Positions 1 through 14,720 of a DNA stretch of 64,000 nucleotides are shown here, piece by piece. The first letter of the stretch is position 1, and each line of letters begins with the position of its first letter. The stretch comes from the human T2T-CHM13v2.0 reference genome, Homo sapiens. The translations under genes and the position numbers were made by a program. The notes beneath the pieces were generated by a model. The model was not told where the DNA came from and did not search any database. It worked only from the letters and a program-made list of their open reading frames with translations. The DNA lies in the NCBI RefSeq assembly GCF_009914755.1, contig NC_060929.1. The stretch is one strand, 5' to 3'.

Positions 1-1260
1 AGCTTCCTTGCCATCCAGATTCTGAATTCTATGTCTGCCATTTCAGTCACTTCAGATTGGTTAAGAACCATTGCTGGGGAACCAGTAGGCTACATTTGGA
101 GGTACAGGGACACTCTGGCTGCTTGAATTGCCAGAGTTCTTGTGCTGATTCTTTCTCATCTGGGAGGGTTGGTGATATGGCTTGGATCTGTGTCCCAGCC
201 TAAATCTCACGTTGAACTGTAATCCCCAGTGTTGGAAGTGGGGCCTGGTGGGAGGTGATTGGATCATGCAGGCGGAGTTCTCATGAATGGTTTAGCACCA
301 TTCCCCCTTGGTACTATACACTGAGTGAGTTCTCAAGAGATCTGGTTTTCAAAAGTTTGTGGTACATCCCCCCTCTCTCTCTTGCTCCTGCTCTGACCAT
401 GTAAGACGTGCCTGCTTCCCCTTTGCCTTCCACCATGATTGTAAGTTTCCTGAGGTCTCCCCAGAAGCAGAAGTCGCTATGCTTACTGTACAGCCTGTGG
501 AACTATGAGCCAATTAAAACTCTTCTGTTTATAAATGACCCTATCTCAGGTATTTCTTTATAGCAATGCAACAGACGAATACAGTTGGTGTTCCTTTAAC
601 TGTGGTATAAATTGAGTATAGTCAGTTGGCTTATTTCTGGATGCTTCCAAAGAGCCAGGGCTCTGTACAGGATCTTTATGTGAAGGTGAATTCTTGCACT
701 TGGTTTCACAGGCGTATACATTAGCAAGATAATTTTTGGTGTTGTAGTTTGGGCTGCAATCCAGTAGATAGCTAGTGCATAAGAGTAACGGTGGGTAACT
801 AGGCTAACACTTAGCCACATGGCTCTTCTGTACTTCTTCACATTCACAGGCATGCTCTTCAGTGGTGATGGCGGGGACAGGATAGAAAGGACCACCTCAC
901 CAGCTCTGCTCCAGGGCCTTAGGGGAAGCCCCCTCTGATCATTCACTCCATGCCCACATTACTTTTGTTAGGTGATTTGGGTTGCTGGGTCCCCTTGTGC
1001 AGGGACTATGACAGGGAGATATGCCAAAACTTTTCTGGACTGGCCCTGCAAAGGGAGGCATGCCCCACTCTTGTCCTTGCCCAGGAACCCATGCATCTCA
1101 CCCCTCTTAGCTCTTGAGGGTAGGGGCTCCTCCCCAACTCAAGTGCCAGCCACAGATCTCAGCTCTGTACTCCTGAGTTGAATGCCGCAGCCCTGGGGGC
1201 ACTGGAATGTCCCATGGCTCAAGGCTGAGTTCAGGTTATACTGGAGGATTCTATATGCTA
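1..1260 (-). mobile_element. Old L1 5'UTR/ORF1-start fragment, interrupted by an MST LTR (boundaries approximate)
   Basis: Minus-strand translation QMRKNQHKNSGNSSSQSV resembles an L1 ORF1p N-terminus; GC-richer L1 5'UTR-like sequence follows. Confidence 0.65.
173..583 (+). mobile_element. MaLR solo LTR (MSTA-like)
   Basis: TGATATGG...AATACA termini, ATTAAA signal, perfect 5-bp TSD GTTGG (168-172, 584-588). Confidence 0.9.
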
Positions 1261-3143
1261 CAGCAATCTATCTTGATCTGATATCTCACTTTGGAATCTG
1301 ATATCTAGTATCTTAGCCAACTTGTCAATTTTACATCCAGATCACATATTATCACATATAATAAAACTTTCAAATAAAGACTTTTATAAATGTCTTATTT
1401 TAATATATCCATCCTCCCCATACTGCCAGCTGTTTACCATAGAAATATGGCATACCTTTTATTCCTTTATAATTATTGGATGTCAAATGTTTTTTCAAGA
1501 ACAAATTGGATTGATAGCACTTTAAGGTTTACAAAGGCATGTGTAAACATTCCTTCATTATTCAAACAATGCCACAAGAAGGTAAAATAGGTATTCTGAT
1601 CTCCACTACTAAGGGCTTTAAACAGTTTAACTGGCTGAAGGTTTCACAGGTAGTAAATGGCAGAACCAGAACATGGGCTCTTAGAGAAAATACTTCGGTG
1701 GTATAGTACAGGTAAAGGTGGGGTGGGGGATTCAGGGGGACAGGTATACATGGGTATTACTGAACTGCAAGCTAATTTCTTCATCTGTCAAATAGGGTTA
1801 TTGTGATTATTAAATAAGTTAATAAGAGTAAAGCATTTATAATAGAACCTAGCGCAGACTAAGTGCTATAGTTTGCTATTGTTAAAACTATTATTAATTT
1901 GTTCTATTCCAGGTCAGATTTAATTTCCCAGCATTAACAAAAATCAATAAATAATACTGAAAAGTAAAAAGTAATAAGTTATGCTAAAAGAGTGTCTACT
2001 TCTCCAGTTCACAAATTGAAGGGCATGTTATAGGTACTATGTGCAGCTTCTGTGGCTCACCAGTTACCAAGGTCATAAAGACCTTTGTTATATACAAATA
2101 TGGGGCAAACAAAATAAAATAGTGAACTACAATTAGTTGGCCACATTATTATTATTTGTCCATTCACTCAAAACCATTTATAGAGAACCCCCTATGCACA
2201 AGGCAGACTGACAGAGCAAGGAAGCAAAAATGAACAGAAATAGTCCCTGACATAAGAATCTCTTAAATGTGCTCTACAGTAATGGCACCAAAGCAAAAAA
2301 AAAGGCCTAATTCTACATTTCATTGTCAAATGCCTAGTTAAAGTGAGTAACTAACATTCTCATGGATTACTATGGTAAAAACAAGAGTTACTTTAGGGCT
2401 GTCTAGGATAATTTCTTCTAACCATGTAAAACCAAAAGAATAACAATTTAACTTTTAATTACAAAATAATAAGGAACGACAAAAAAATCCAAACACTATC
2501 AAAAGATATAAAATGAAAAATTCTCCTCTACTATCCTTTAAAACCCCCAGTCCCCTTCTCCAAATAACTGCCATTATATTTCTTATATATGTTTCCATAT
2601 AATTACATCTTCATGCTTTAAGCATATGCACAAACACACATGGTATATTTAGAGATATACATTCTTAAAAATTCATACCACATATATGAACACTCCATTA
2701 GAATTATATCATACATCCTGCTCTGCAGTTTGCCCTCACTCCCACTTAAACATGTATCTTGACAAATTTTCCCTACCAGCATGTAAAACTTTCAGATTCA
2801 TATACGTAAATTGGTATCAGAAAATAGCTTGTTAGGTCATAAGTTACTAGAAATCCCTCTTAGAGAATGTTGAATTGAAATGAGAATGACTGAAATGTTC
2901 ACTATACACATTTTTGTCACAGTTGAGTAGCTAAATTTAATTCTAATACAATTTGTTTCACCAAGAAACAAAAATGTATATCCTAATATAATTCAACTTT
3001 TAAAACTGTAATCTTTTTTCCCCAAACATCGACAATATTCTGCTGTAGTCTATAGATTTATGTTGCTCTATGTCCATCACAAACCCAAAATACAAAGTGT
3101 ATCAAGAAGCCACACTAGAACACAATGAAACAACAGGACTTCA

Positions 3144-3383
<240 letters not shown>

Positions 3384-4408
3384 CTAAGAAACAAAAAAGG
3401 AGAAGGAGGCAAAGGATTTTAGTTTATTATGCAGTCTGTTACCCCTACTTCCAACAAATTCAATAAACTTTGTCGTAGTAAAAATGTTTTTAGTTATTGG
3501 TAAGTTCTGTGCCCAAAAAACAATTACAGGTCAAAAAAGGGCTGTCATATTGCCAATTCTTTTAACAACAGCTGCCTATTAGCAAATTGACCCCGGCAAT
3601 ATATAAAAACAATAATATATAATGATCAACTAGGGCTTATTCTAAGAATGCAAAGTTGGCTTAATATATGAAAATCAATGTAATCTACCACATTAACAGA
3701 ATAAAGAAAAAGATTAATAGATGCCATTAAAAAAGTTTTAATAAAATTCAAGACCCATTATTTTTTAAGAAAAAACTCTCTTAGCATATTCAAAGTAGAA
3801 TCTTCTTAATCTGATAAGGATATTTATAAAAACCTATAGCAAACACCATACTTAGTAATGAAATAGTCAATGCTTTCTACCTGAGGTAAGAAGAAGACAA
3901 GAATGTTTACTTATCACCACTTTTGACATTGTATTAAAGGTTCCAGACAGTACAATAAAGCAAAACAAACAAATCAACAAAAAACCTTAATATGTAAATA
4001 TTGGGAAGAAAAAAGTAAAAGGGGCATAACTATATACAAAATCCAAAACCTTTCAAAGAATAAGTGAATTTAGCAAGGTGCTGGAAAGTCAACGTATAAA
4101 AATCAACTGAATTTTTAAATGTTTGGAAATGATTTAAACACACACACACAACAGAACAACAACAAAAAATACCAAATACCTAGAAATAAATTTAACACAA
4201 AAGTATAAAAGACCTCTAGGTTGAAAATTGCAAAACAATGCTGTGAGAAATTTCAAACTAAATTAAATAGAGGAATATACCACATTTGTGGACAGAAAAT
4301 ATTCAGTAGAGTATTACTTTGTCAATTGTCCCCAAATTAAACTGTAGATTCTAAACAATCTCAATTAAGATCCCAGCAGAGCTTTGTTGGGTGAGAATTA
4401 ACAATTTA

Positions 4409-4614
4409 CAGTAGACCCTCTCCTTAACTGTGGTTTCAGTTACCTGTGGTACAACACAATAAAATACTCTGAGAGAAAGAGGGAGACCACATTCATATAA
4501 CTTTTATTATAATATAGTGTTATAACTTTTATTATTATTGTTGTTAATCTCTTATTGTGCCTAATTTATAAATTAAACTTTATCATAGGTATGCATGTAT
4601 GTATAGGAAAAAAC

Positions 4615-4652
<38 letters not shown>

Positions 4653-4729
4653 GTTCATTACTATTTGCGGTTTCAGGCATCTACTAAGGGTGTTGGGACA
4701 TCTCCCCCGCAGATAAGGTAGGACTACTG
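4409..4729. mobile_element. MER44/Tigger7-type DNA transposon remnant
   Basis: Terminal inverted repeats CAGTAGACC... and ...GGACTACTG; TA at the left flank. Confidence 0.7.
4617..4648. repeat. (TG)16 microsatellite
   Basis: Perfect dinucleotide run inside MER44. Confidence 0.95.
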
Positions 4730-6108
4730 CATTTGGAAATGCAAAAGACCTAAGACAAACTTGAAGGAGAACAAAAAGTTGGAGGTTTTAATGTTACCAC
4801 ATATTAAGACTAATTATAAAGCTATACTCAAGAATAAAAAACAAAAGATTAAAAAATAGACCAATGGAAAATAAGGAGGCCTGAAGACCCATACATACAC
4901 AGCTGATTTATGACAAAGGCATCACTGTAATTCAATGGGGACTGAATAGTCTTTTCAAAGATTGGTACTATGTTAATTACGGGTAAAAATAAACCTTAAC
5001 TCCTGCAATATTCACAAAGATTAATCCAGGATAAATTATAGACCTAAACATGAAAAGTAAAACAATAAAATTTCTAAAACAAAATATTAAAAAAAACTTC
5101 ATGAACCTAGAGTAAGCAAAAAGTTCTTAAATAGAATATCCCAATAAAGCATTAACCATCATCAGACTTCATCAGAATTAAGAACTATTCATTAAAAAAT
5201 AACATTAATAAAGGCAGCCATAGGTGTAAGAAAATATTTTCAATAAAAATATCCAAAAATGTGCTCAGATTCAGGAAATATAATAAATTCCAATAATTTA
5301 GTAAGTAAAAAATGAAGACTCCATTAAAAATTATGCAAAGCACTTTACACAGAGGATATCCAAAGGCTCAATAAGCATACGAAAAGTTGTTTGATGTCAT
5401 TAGATATCAGGTAAACACAAGTTAAAATCACTACAATATATTATTACCTACATATTCACCAAAATAGGGGAAAAACATGACAATCTAGCAATATCAGCAC
5501 CTGGAATGCTCATGCACTGCTGGTGCAAGTGTAAAGTGGTATAACCATTTTAGATAACTCTTTGGCAGGATCTACTAAATTAACCATACATATACCCTAT
5601 GTCCCACCAAAAAGCATGACCAAGAATGGTCACAGCAGCATTATTCATGCTAGACAAAACCTGGAAACACCCAAATGCCCATCAACAGTAAAATGAATAA
5701 ATATTATCGTATGTCCATAAAATGAAATGAAAAAAATTATGGTACATGAAACCACCAAATGAATCTCACAGACATCCTGTTGAGTGAAAGTAACCAGATA
5801 CAAAAGAGTACTACTCCATTGATATGAAGTTCAAAAACAGGAAAAACTAAATAGAGGTCAGAATAGAGGATTTCCTTGTTTTGGGGTGGGGGGAGTCAAG
5901 CAAGAAGATCAACTGACAGAGGCCTAGGGGAAGCAGTTGGGTTGCTAGAACTGTTCTGTATCTTGATATGGGAGGTGTTAAACAGGTATGTCATATATAG
6001 AGTAGTACTTTTAAGATTTTTACACTTTATTCCTTGTGAATTATATCATAATATAAAAGAAAACACACACATACACACACACATGCAGTCTCTTAAGACT
6101 TTACTTAT

Positions 6109-6449
6109 TGATATGGTTTGGCTGTGTCCCCACCCAAATCTCATCTTGAATTCCCATGTGTTATGGGAGGGATCTGGTAGAAGGTAACTGAATCATGAGG
6201 GGAGGTCTTTCCTGTGCTGTTCTCATGATAGCGAATAAGTCTCACAAGATCTGATAGTTTTAAAAAGGGGAGTTTCCCTGCACAAGCTCTCTCTCTTGTC
6301 TGCCGCCATGTGAGACACGCCTTCCTCCTTCCATCATGATTGTAAGGCCTCCCCAGCCACAGAGAACTGTAAGTCCATTAAACCTCTTTCTTCTGTAAAT
6401 TGCCCAGTCTCAGGTGTCTTTATCAGCAGTGTGAAAATAGACTAATACA
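6109..6449 (+). mobile_element. THE1 solo LTR (THE1A/B-like)
   Basis: TGATATGGTTTGGCTGTGTCCCCACCCAAATCTC start, CTAATACA end, 5-bp TSD CTTAT (6104-6108, 6450-6454). Confidence 0.92.
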
Positions 6450-7242
6450 CTTATGATATAATTTATCCTTCAATTTTTCCCTTTTAGTTTGACAATGTAT
6501 TTCTCCCTTTGATAATGAATATGAAATCAACAACATCTAGTTGTTGATTAAGTATCTAAGGTCAGCTAGATGTTCTGAGGTCAACTAGATGTTGATCTTA
6601 AATCCTAAATCTCATACAGAAAACTTACTCTAAGAAAGGGGAAAAAAGAATTACAGTAAAAGGGAGGCTTAGTTTTCATAATCCAGTAATTTTATGCCAG
6701 ATAATTTTTTCAAATTATCTAAAGCAGGGATATAAAAAAGCTGATATAATAAAAGATCAGAATAAAAAACAAATTATAGTAAGATAATAAGCGTCTATAA
6801 ATCTATATCAAAAAGCCCTTTTGATACTTTCTCTGGGGCACAGAGGAAATATAATAAATTGTATAAAATAATTATGTGCTTCCTTGTATTTTAATATCAA
6901 TAAGAACAAAGCACACAGTGATCATTGTGCATTTGTCACTGTGGATAACCAGAGCCACCTGAAAGAGCAGATGATCTGTTGATTCAAGCATCAATCCTGA
7001 AAATAATTATTTCTAAAAGCACTAAATACAGGTTATCTGTAAAGTAGCTAGGGAGAAACTATACATATCTCCTGTAAAAGCAGAGTTAAACACCATTATG
7101 ATACCCTTATTATAAAATGTCTATAACATATCAACCCATATAAAAGACAGTATTTTCATCACCGTTTTAAAGTGAGAAAATTTAGAATCAATAACTTAAA
7201 AAGCTTTAAATCATCATTGTAGCAGATCCAAAACTAGTGTTA

Positions 7243-7566
<324 letters not shown>

Positions 7567-8984
7567 CTAGAAATCAAATCCCAAAGAGGAACACATCAAA
7601 TAGGTTCTTAAGTGTTAAAAGTAAAAAGCATTATTCTCCAAGTTGGGAAAATAAAATTCTGAAGGTTTATACCTTTTCTTATTAAAGAGAAAACAACTGC
7701 AAATAATTAAATAAACAAAACAATGAACAGCCTGTAAATATCAAACTTTACATTAAAATAACCTTTAAAATCAGTAATGCTATTACTGTAGTCTACATGT
7801 ATTTCCCTTTGACTTAGTTTACTCTTAAGTGATATCCTGAAAAATTTAGGTTCTAAATGTAAGTAAATAGTTGAACTAAGAAAATATAAATATAAAATTA
7901 AGTGGGAATGCTATCACTATTCCATACTGGAATAAACTATACTATGTAAGAAGAAAAGAGGCATACATTTTTTTCTTTCTTAACCTCTTAACAAAGGTAT
8001 TCACTCTACATGTCTTTCTTCTAGGCACAGCCTTTTCAAGTACTGCGAGTAAGAAAAATGACCTATTTTCCCCATTTCCTTAAGCTACTGTTTCTATCTT
8101 AAAATACTTACCTACATACATACATAAATGTATTGTATATACTTATATTCTCTGTATGTGTATATATTTTTATATATATGAAGAATTTCTGTAAACAAGT
8201 CCTCCCACTATTGTTTCAAATATTTCTTTATTGCTTGTCCCTCAATAGCATACTTTTCTATTTTTTACTCATTAGATCTTAAATGTATTTCTAAAATTTA
8301 TTTGATTGCTTTCTTCTAAGTAAGAGATTGCAACAACAAACCGACAAGGAAAGGTTCATTAGGCATCACTTATTCTATCAGAGGGCACATAGCAACTGTC
8401 AATTTATGCTTAGTAAACACTTACTGTGTAATACCCTGTCCTGAACTTAGATGGAATTCCTTAAATAAAAGAAAAAATGTATCACTCTGCTTTTCATAGA
8501 ATTTAAGAACCAAAGAAATCTTCAAAAGTCCATTCTTCTTTCTCTGTAAAATGTATACTGATCTTTCCAAAAAAATTACACAACCTCCATGGTAAGCAAT
8601 TATGAAATACGATGTTTTCAGGAAAAGTCACGTTCAAAACTCTCTTTAACCATTACATTATTTCTAAGTGAGCTTTGGAAACTAATTCATTCTTTCAGTA
8701 AATATTTATTGAGCCCCTACTATGTTCTAGGCAAGGTAATACACATTTATTCACAGAGCCTGCAAGCATAGAGCCCTCCAATCCTGGCATGTAAAAACAG
8801 ACTACTGAGTAGATTCCAGTCACCCACTCAACAATCTCCACAGTCATTCTATGTGATCCAGAACTTTGGAAAACTGAAGGGATACTGGAAAATATAGCAT
8901 TAAGAAGGAACCAATCAGAAATCAAAGGAAAATACTGCCTCTCTAATGACACCCAAATAAAAAATTTTTTAAAGACCTATAATA

Positions 8985-9795
<811 letters not shown>

Positions 9796-10049
9796 TCAAT
9801 GTTACTTTCTTCTGCAATTTATAATGTGTTCTTAGAGGAGTAACTGGTTGCTAAAAAATTACCGTTGGACTTATCATCCATACACAGTTTTTCAAAGTTA
9901 CATGTGCCACATGTACCATAGACTATCCTGACAAGTGGCAGGTTTCTGAAAAGTTTCATGGCAGGAGTATTTGTGGCTAAATAACTCAAAGCCTCATATA
10001 ATTGTGACTTCTAAAGAAAAATAAAATAATTTGCTGAAAACATGTAAAG

Positions 10050-10660
10050 ATTTACTATGATATAATTGATGTAAAATAAGCTGCACATTTTCAAACTATA
10101 CAATCTGATGATATTTGACATGTATATCAGTGAACCATCACCACAACCATGATAATGAACATATTCAGCATTATCAAAATTTTCCTCTTGTCCCTTTGTA
10201 ACCACTTCTGTCCCCAACCTACTCCATCCTCCCTTAGCCCCTGTCCCCAGTCAGCTCCTAATCTGTTTTCTGTCACATAGGCCAATTTGCATTTCCACAA
10301 ATTTCATATAAGTGGAATCATATAGTATAAACTCTTTGGCATCTTTCACAGGTGCTAATATGGCAAATTACCTTCATTTTCAAATGGTACATCAATCTTG
10401 CATTCCTGGGATAAACCATAATTGATCATAATGTATTATTATCATTTTTATGTATTGCTGGATTTGAATTGGTGAAGTGTTGTTATGAATTTCTCCATCT
10501 ACCTTCACAAGCAATGTTGTTCTTTGCCTGGTTTGGGTATTAGGGTAATGCTGGCCTCATAGAAGATGTCAGAAGTGTTACTATCTTAGATTTTCTGAAA
10601 GAATTTGAGTAGAATGGGTATTATTTTTCCTTAAATATTTGGTAAAATTCACTAGTAAGT
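10050..10660 (-). mobile_element. L1M fragments, 3' end plus ORF2 piece (approximate)
   Basis: Typical antisense L1 text (gtggaatcatatagtat, tcttgcattcctgggataaacc, gtaatgctggcctcatag). Confidence 0.65.
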
Positions 10661-10669
10661 GAATTTAAG

Positions 10670-13600
10670 ATAGCTATTCAAGATAGCTGATTAGATGCAT
10701 TCGGTGCTCGCCTCGTCCATGGAAAGGAACCAAATAGCAAGTAGATAATCACACTTCAGATATATTATCTAAGAAAGCACACTGGACCTCAACAGAAAAG
10801 TGACAGGAAACACCAAAAGCAAGGAAGGAGAGGGGAGTGAGGTCGTCTGCTCGGCTGGGATCAGCTGGGAGCCTAGAAAGGCTCCTGAATGCAGGGAAAG
10901 GATAGGAAAGAGACCCCTAACAGTTTACATTCCTACCATGGACTCTGATAATTCTAGCCATAAGACAACCTCGTGACCCTTGCAGGCCCTAAAACTAACA
11001 TAGGGAGTACATAATAATGGCATTGGTCCAAAGTGGGAGCTCACGCTGAGTCCCACAAACCCCTGAGTCCTAAGCAGCTAGAGTGAGGCACTATTTTGAG
11101 AGCCCAGCCCTCTACCAGGCTGTGTCTTGCCATGCAGCCCAACAGCCCCTGTATCTCCACAGTCCTAGAGCCCCACTGATATTCCCTGCCCACAGCCACT
11201 GCTGCTGGAGCTGAGGTGAGAGCCACTGTCAACCACCATGAGCTGCTGGTAAGGAGCAGCCATGCATATTCAAGTGCCCTGAGAACAAATTCCACTGCCC
11301 TGCAGCTACCACTGCATTAGAATACAGCAGAGCTGAGGCATCACTGAAGGCTGCAACCCTATGGCTGCTCACACTGAAAGCAACCCCACCCTACCTAGTA
11401 GCAGGGTCACAGTGCAGCAGCTGCTGCTCCCAACAAAGCATTTGCTGGCAGCCCGGCATCACTCTGCCCCTGCCTATCACAGCCAGGGCCCGCATGCACC
11501 ACCAGGGAGCCTAAGGACAGTCTACCTGGCCTGGCTCCATTCCCCAGAGTACCCAAGCATACCCTCCTGGGGCCTCGGGATTGCCCAGCTCAGACCACCA
11601 CCATTAGTATTTGAGCACTCCTCTGGGGTCTGAGGTTGGGCCCATCCAATCTGCCGCTAACACCGCAGCTGGCACTCACTTACATGTATCACATTGTTGG
11701 CCTGGAGACTGGTGTGCTCAGTCCATTGCAGCCACCACCAATGCCAGTGTGGACTGCTTGGGTCCCAGAGGGTTGGTCCCACTGCCACTACCATCACCCA
11801 CACCACGTGTGCTGCCCAGGGACTCAAGAACACACCCACCTACCCAGCCGAATTGTGATGGTTAATACTGAGTGTCAACTTGATTGGACTGAAGGATACA
11901 AAGTATTAATCCTGGGTGTGTCTGTGTGGGTGTTGCCAAAAGAGAATAACATGTGAGTCAGTGGGCTGAGGAAGGCAGATCCACCCTTAATCTGGTGGGC
12001 ACAATCTAATCAGCTTCCAGCAAATATAAAGCAAGCAGAAAAACACGAAAAAGCAAGACCGGCCTAGCCTCCCACCCTACATCTTTCTCCCATGCTGGAT
12101 GCTTCCTGCCCTCAAACATCAGACTTCAAGTTCTTCAGTGTGGGGGCTGGGACTGGCTCTCCTTGCTCCTCAGCTTGCAAACAGCCTGTTGTGGGACCTT
12201 GTGATCCTGTAAGTTAATACTTAATGAACTCCCCATATATATATCTCCTATTAGTTCTGTCCCTCTAGGAGAACCCTAATACACCAATGCTGCCATTCCT
12301 GGAACCTGGGCAATCCATCTAATAGAGGCACAAGAATGGGCCTGTCTAAACCCACTAACACCAGGACATTGCTCTGGCATCCAAGGACAGGCAAGCTTAG
12401 CCAACTGCTGCCACCACTAGGACCCAAAGACTGGCCTATCTGGCATCCCAGGCCCCACCATAACTTCACCAAGCCTCCACTAACAAGTACATCCTAACAA
12501 ACCAAAGAAATCACAAATATCACTGATGCTGTCTACAGCCAAAGAAATCAGAGACTACATTCAGAATCAAAGCCAAAGTGACCTACCCAAACAACACCAT
12601 GGATACATCTTCAGGAAAAAGTGCTCCCCTACGAAAGAAAATTCCAAAATTGGAAGTGACTGTTAGACTAGATATGCATATATCAATGTAAGGACAAAGG
12701 AAACAAGAAAAAGCAAGGAAATATGACACTTCCAAAGGAACATAATAATTCTACAGCAACAGATCTCAATCAAAAAGAAATTTATGAAATCCTAGGGGAA
12801 AAATTCAAAATATTGATAATAAAGCAGCTCAGTAAGATACAAGAGAATACTAAAAACCAGTACAAAGAAATTAGAAAAAGCAATTTAGGACATTAATGAA
12901 AAATTTACCAAACAGATGGATATCATAAGAAATAACCAAACAAATTCTAGAAATGAAGAATTCATTGAATGAAATACAAAATATATCTGAAAGCTTCAAC
13001 AACAGACTAGATCAAGCAGAAGAGCCTCAGAACTTGAAGACAGATCTTTTCAAACAACCTAGTGAGACAAAAATGTAAAAGAATAAGCAAAGCCTACATG
13101 ACATATGGAACACCATAAAACACCCAAATATTTAAATTTTCAGTGTCCTAGAAGGCAAAAAGAAAACATAATTATTTTGTTTAAAAAAACTATTTAACAA
13201 AATAATAGATGAAAATATCCCAATTCTAGCAAGAGATTTAGACATCTGAAAACATGAGGAGGCTTAGAGATGCACAAATATTTACAATTCCAAAAGATGT
13301 TCTCCATGGCACACTATAGATAACCCATCAAAAGTCAAAGACAAAGAGAGAATACTAAAAACATAAAGAGAAGAGCATACTACTTATAAATGAACACCCA
13401 TCAGACTAACAGCAGATCTGTCAGCAGAAATCTTACAGGCCAGTAGAGAATAAGATAATATATCCAAACTGCTGAAAAGAAAAAAACTGTCAGCCAAGGA
13501 CACTATACCCAGCAAAGTTATTCTTCATAAATGAAGGGAAAATAAAGTTTTCCCAGACAAGTAAAAGTTGAATATCACCACTAGACCAGTCCTACAAGAA

Positions 13601-13968
13601 ATGCTCAATGGAATCTAAACCTAAAAGAGAACAGACAACATTTACCATCATGAAAACACACAAAAGTAAAAACTCACTGGTAAAGCAAACATACAAAAGA
13701 GGAAGAGAAAGGACACAAATGGTACCACTACAGAAAAGCACCAAAATACAATAACACACAATAAAGAGAGAAAGAAATAAAGAATATACCAAAAAAAAAA
13801 TCAACTAATTAAACAACAGAAATAAGGCAACACACATCAGTGACAACCTTGAATGTAAATGAATTAAACTTTCCATTGAAAATATATGGATTAGCTGAAT
13901 GGATTAAAAAAAATTACCCAACATATGCTGCATACAAGAAACTAGTCTCACCTATCACAACACATATA
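10670..13968 (+). mobile_element. L1M 5'UTR + ORF1 + start of ORF2, decayed, interrupted by MLT2A (approximate)
   Basis: ORF1-like sequence (cccatcagactaacagcagat, ctatacccagcaaagtta) and endonuclease-start motif ccttgaatgtaaatgaattaaac near 13850; no long intact ORF. Confidence 0.75.
11854..12283 (+). mobile_element. MLT2A (HERV-L) solo LTR
   Basis: TGTGATGGTTAATACTGAGTGTCAACTTGATTGG start, CCCTAATACA end, near-TSD CGAAT/CCAAT. Confidence 0.88.
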
Positions 13969-14219
13969 GGCTGGATGTGGTGGCTCACACCTGTAATCCC
14001 AATACTTTAGGAGGCCAAAACAGGAGGACTGCTTGAGCCTAGGAGTTTGAGACCAGCCTGAGCAACATAGCAAGACCTCATTTCTAAAATAAAAAAATTA
14101 GTTGGGCATAGTGACTTGTACCTATGACTTGGGAGGCGGAGGCAGGAGTATTACTTGAGCCCAGGAGTTTGAGGTCAGTCTGGGCAACACAGCAAGACCT
14201 CATCTCTTAAAAAAAAAAA
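13969..14219 (+). mobile_element. Old Alu (AluJ/FLAM-like dimer with a short right arm)
   Basis: ggctggatgtggtggctcacacctgtaatccc start, A-rich linker, poly-A tail. Confidence 0.85.
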
Positions 14220-14720
14220 CAACTAAAATAATGATAGCAACAATGTATTTGATTATGTGTGCTTACGTGTGTGTGGATGTATACAGACTCGTATGCTTAT
14301 GTGTAAGCAAAAGAGCAATGACATAAAGGACAATAATTAGGATTGTTTTACTATAAGGACTTGCACTATCCATAAAGCAGTATAGTGTTAGTTGAAAATG
14401 GAGTTGGATTAATTCTAAATGTATATTGCAACCAGTAAAAAAGGGCAACCAGTTAAAAAAAAAAAAAAAAAGTAGAAAAGGAAATACAACTGACATGCTA
14501 ACAAAGAAGAGAAAATAGCATCAAATAAAATGCACAATTAAAACTACAAAACACAGAAAAATAGTTGGACAAAAATGGAAACAAAAAACAAAGGCAACAA
14601 ATAGAAAATGGTAAAATATATGATAGATACTAAACCAATTATATCAACAATCACTTCAAACACCTATAGTCTAAACATAACCAATGAAAGAAAAGAGATT
14701 GTCAATGCGGATAAAAAATA
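14220..14720 (+). mobile_element. Old L1 fragment, ORF1 end/ORF2 start (approximate)
   Basis: atatcaacaatcacttcaaac...aaaagagattgtcaatgcggataaaaaa resembles the L1 endonuclease start. Confidence 0.55.

Larger units (their letters stand above)
3590..6060 (+). mobile_element. Old L1 (L1ME-like) ORF2-to-3'end fragment, interrupted by MER44 (approximate)
   Basis: Degenerate L1 ORF2 nucleotide motifs (aagaatgcaaagttggcttaat, cctagaaataaatttaac, ctggaaacacccaaatgcccatcaacag) and an A-rich plus strand. Confidence 0.75.

Noticed and set aside
11041-11956. Cluster of overlapping 60-106 aa ORFs
   Set aside because: They lie in a GC-richer L1 5'UTR and the MLT2A LTR, where stop codons are rarer; no recognisable protein.
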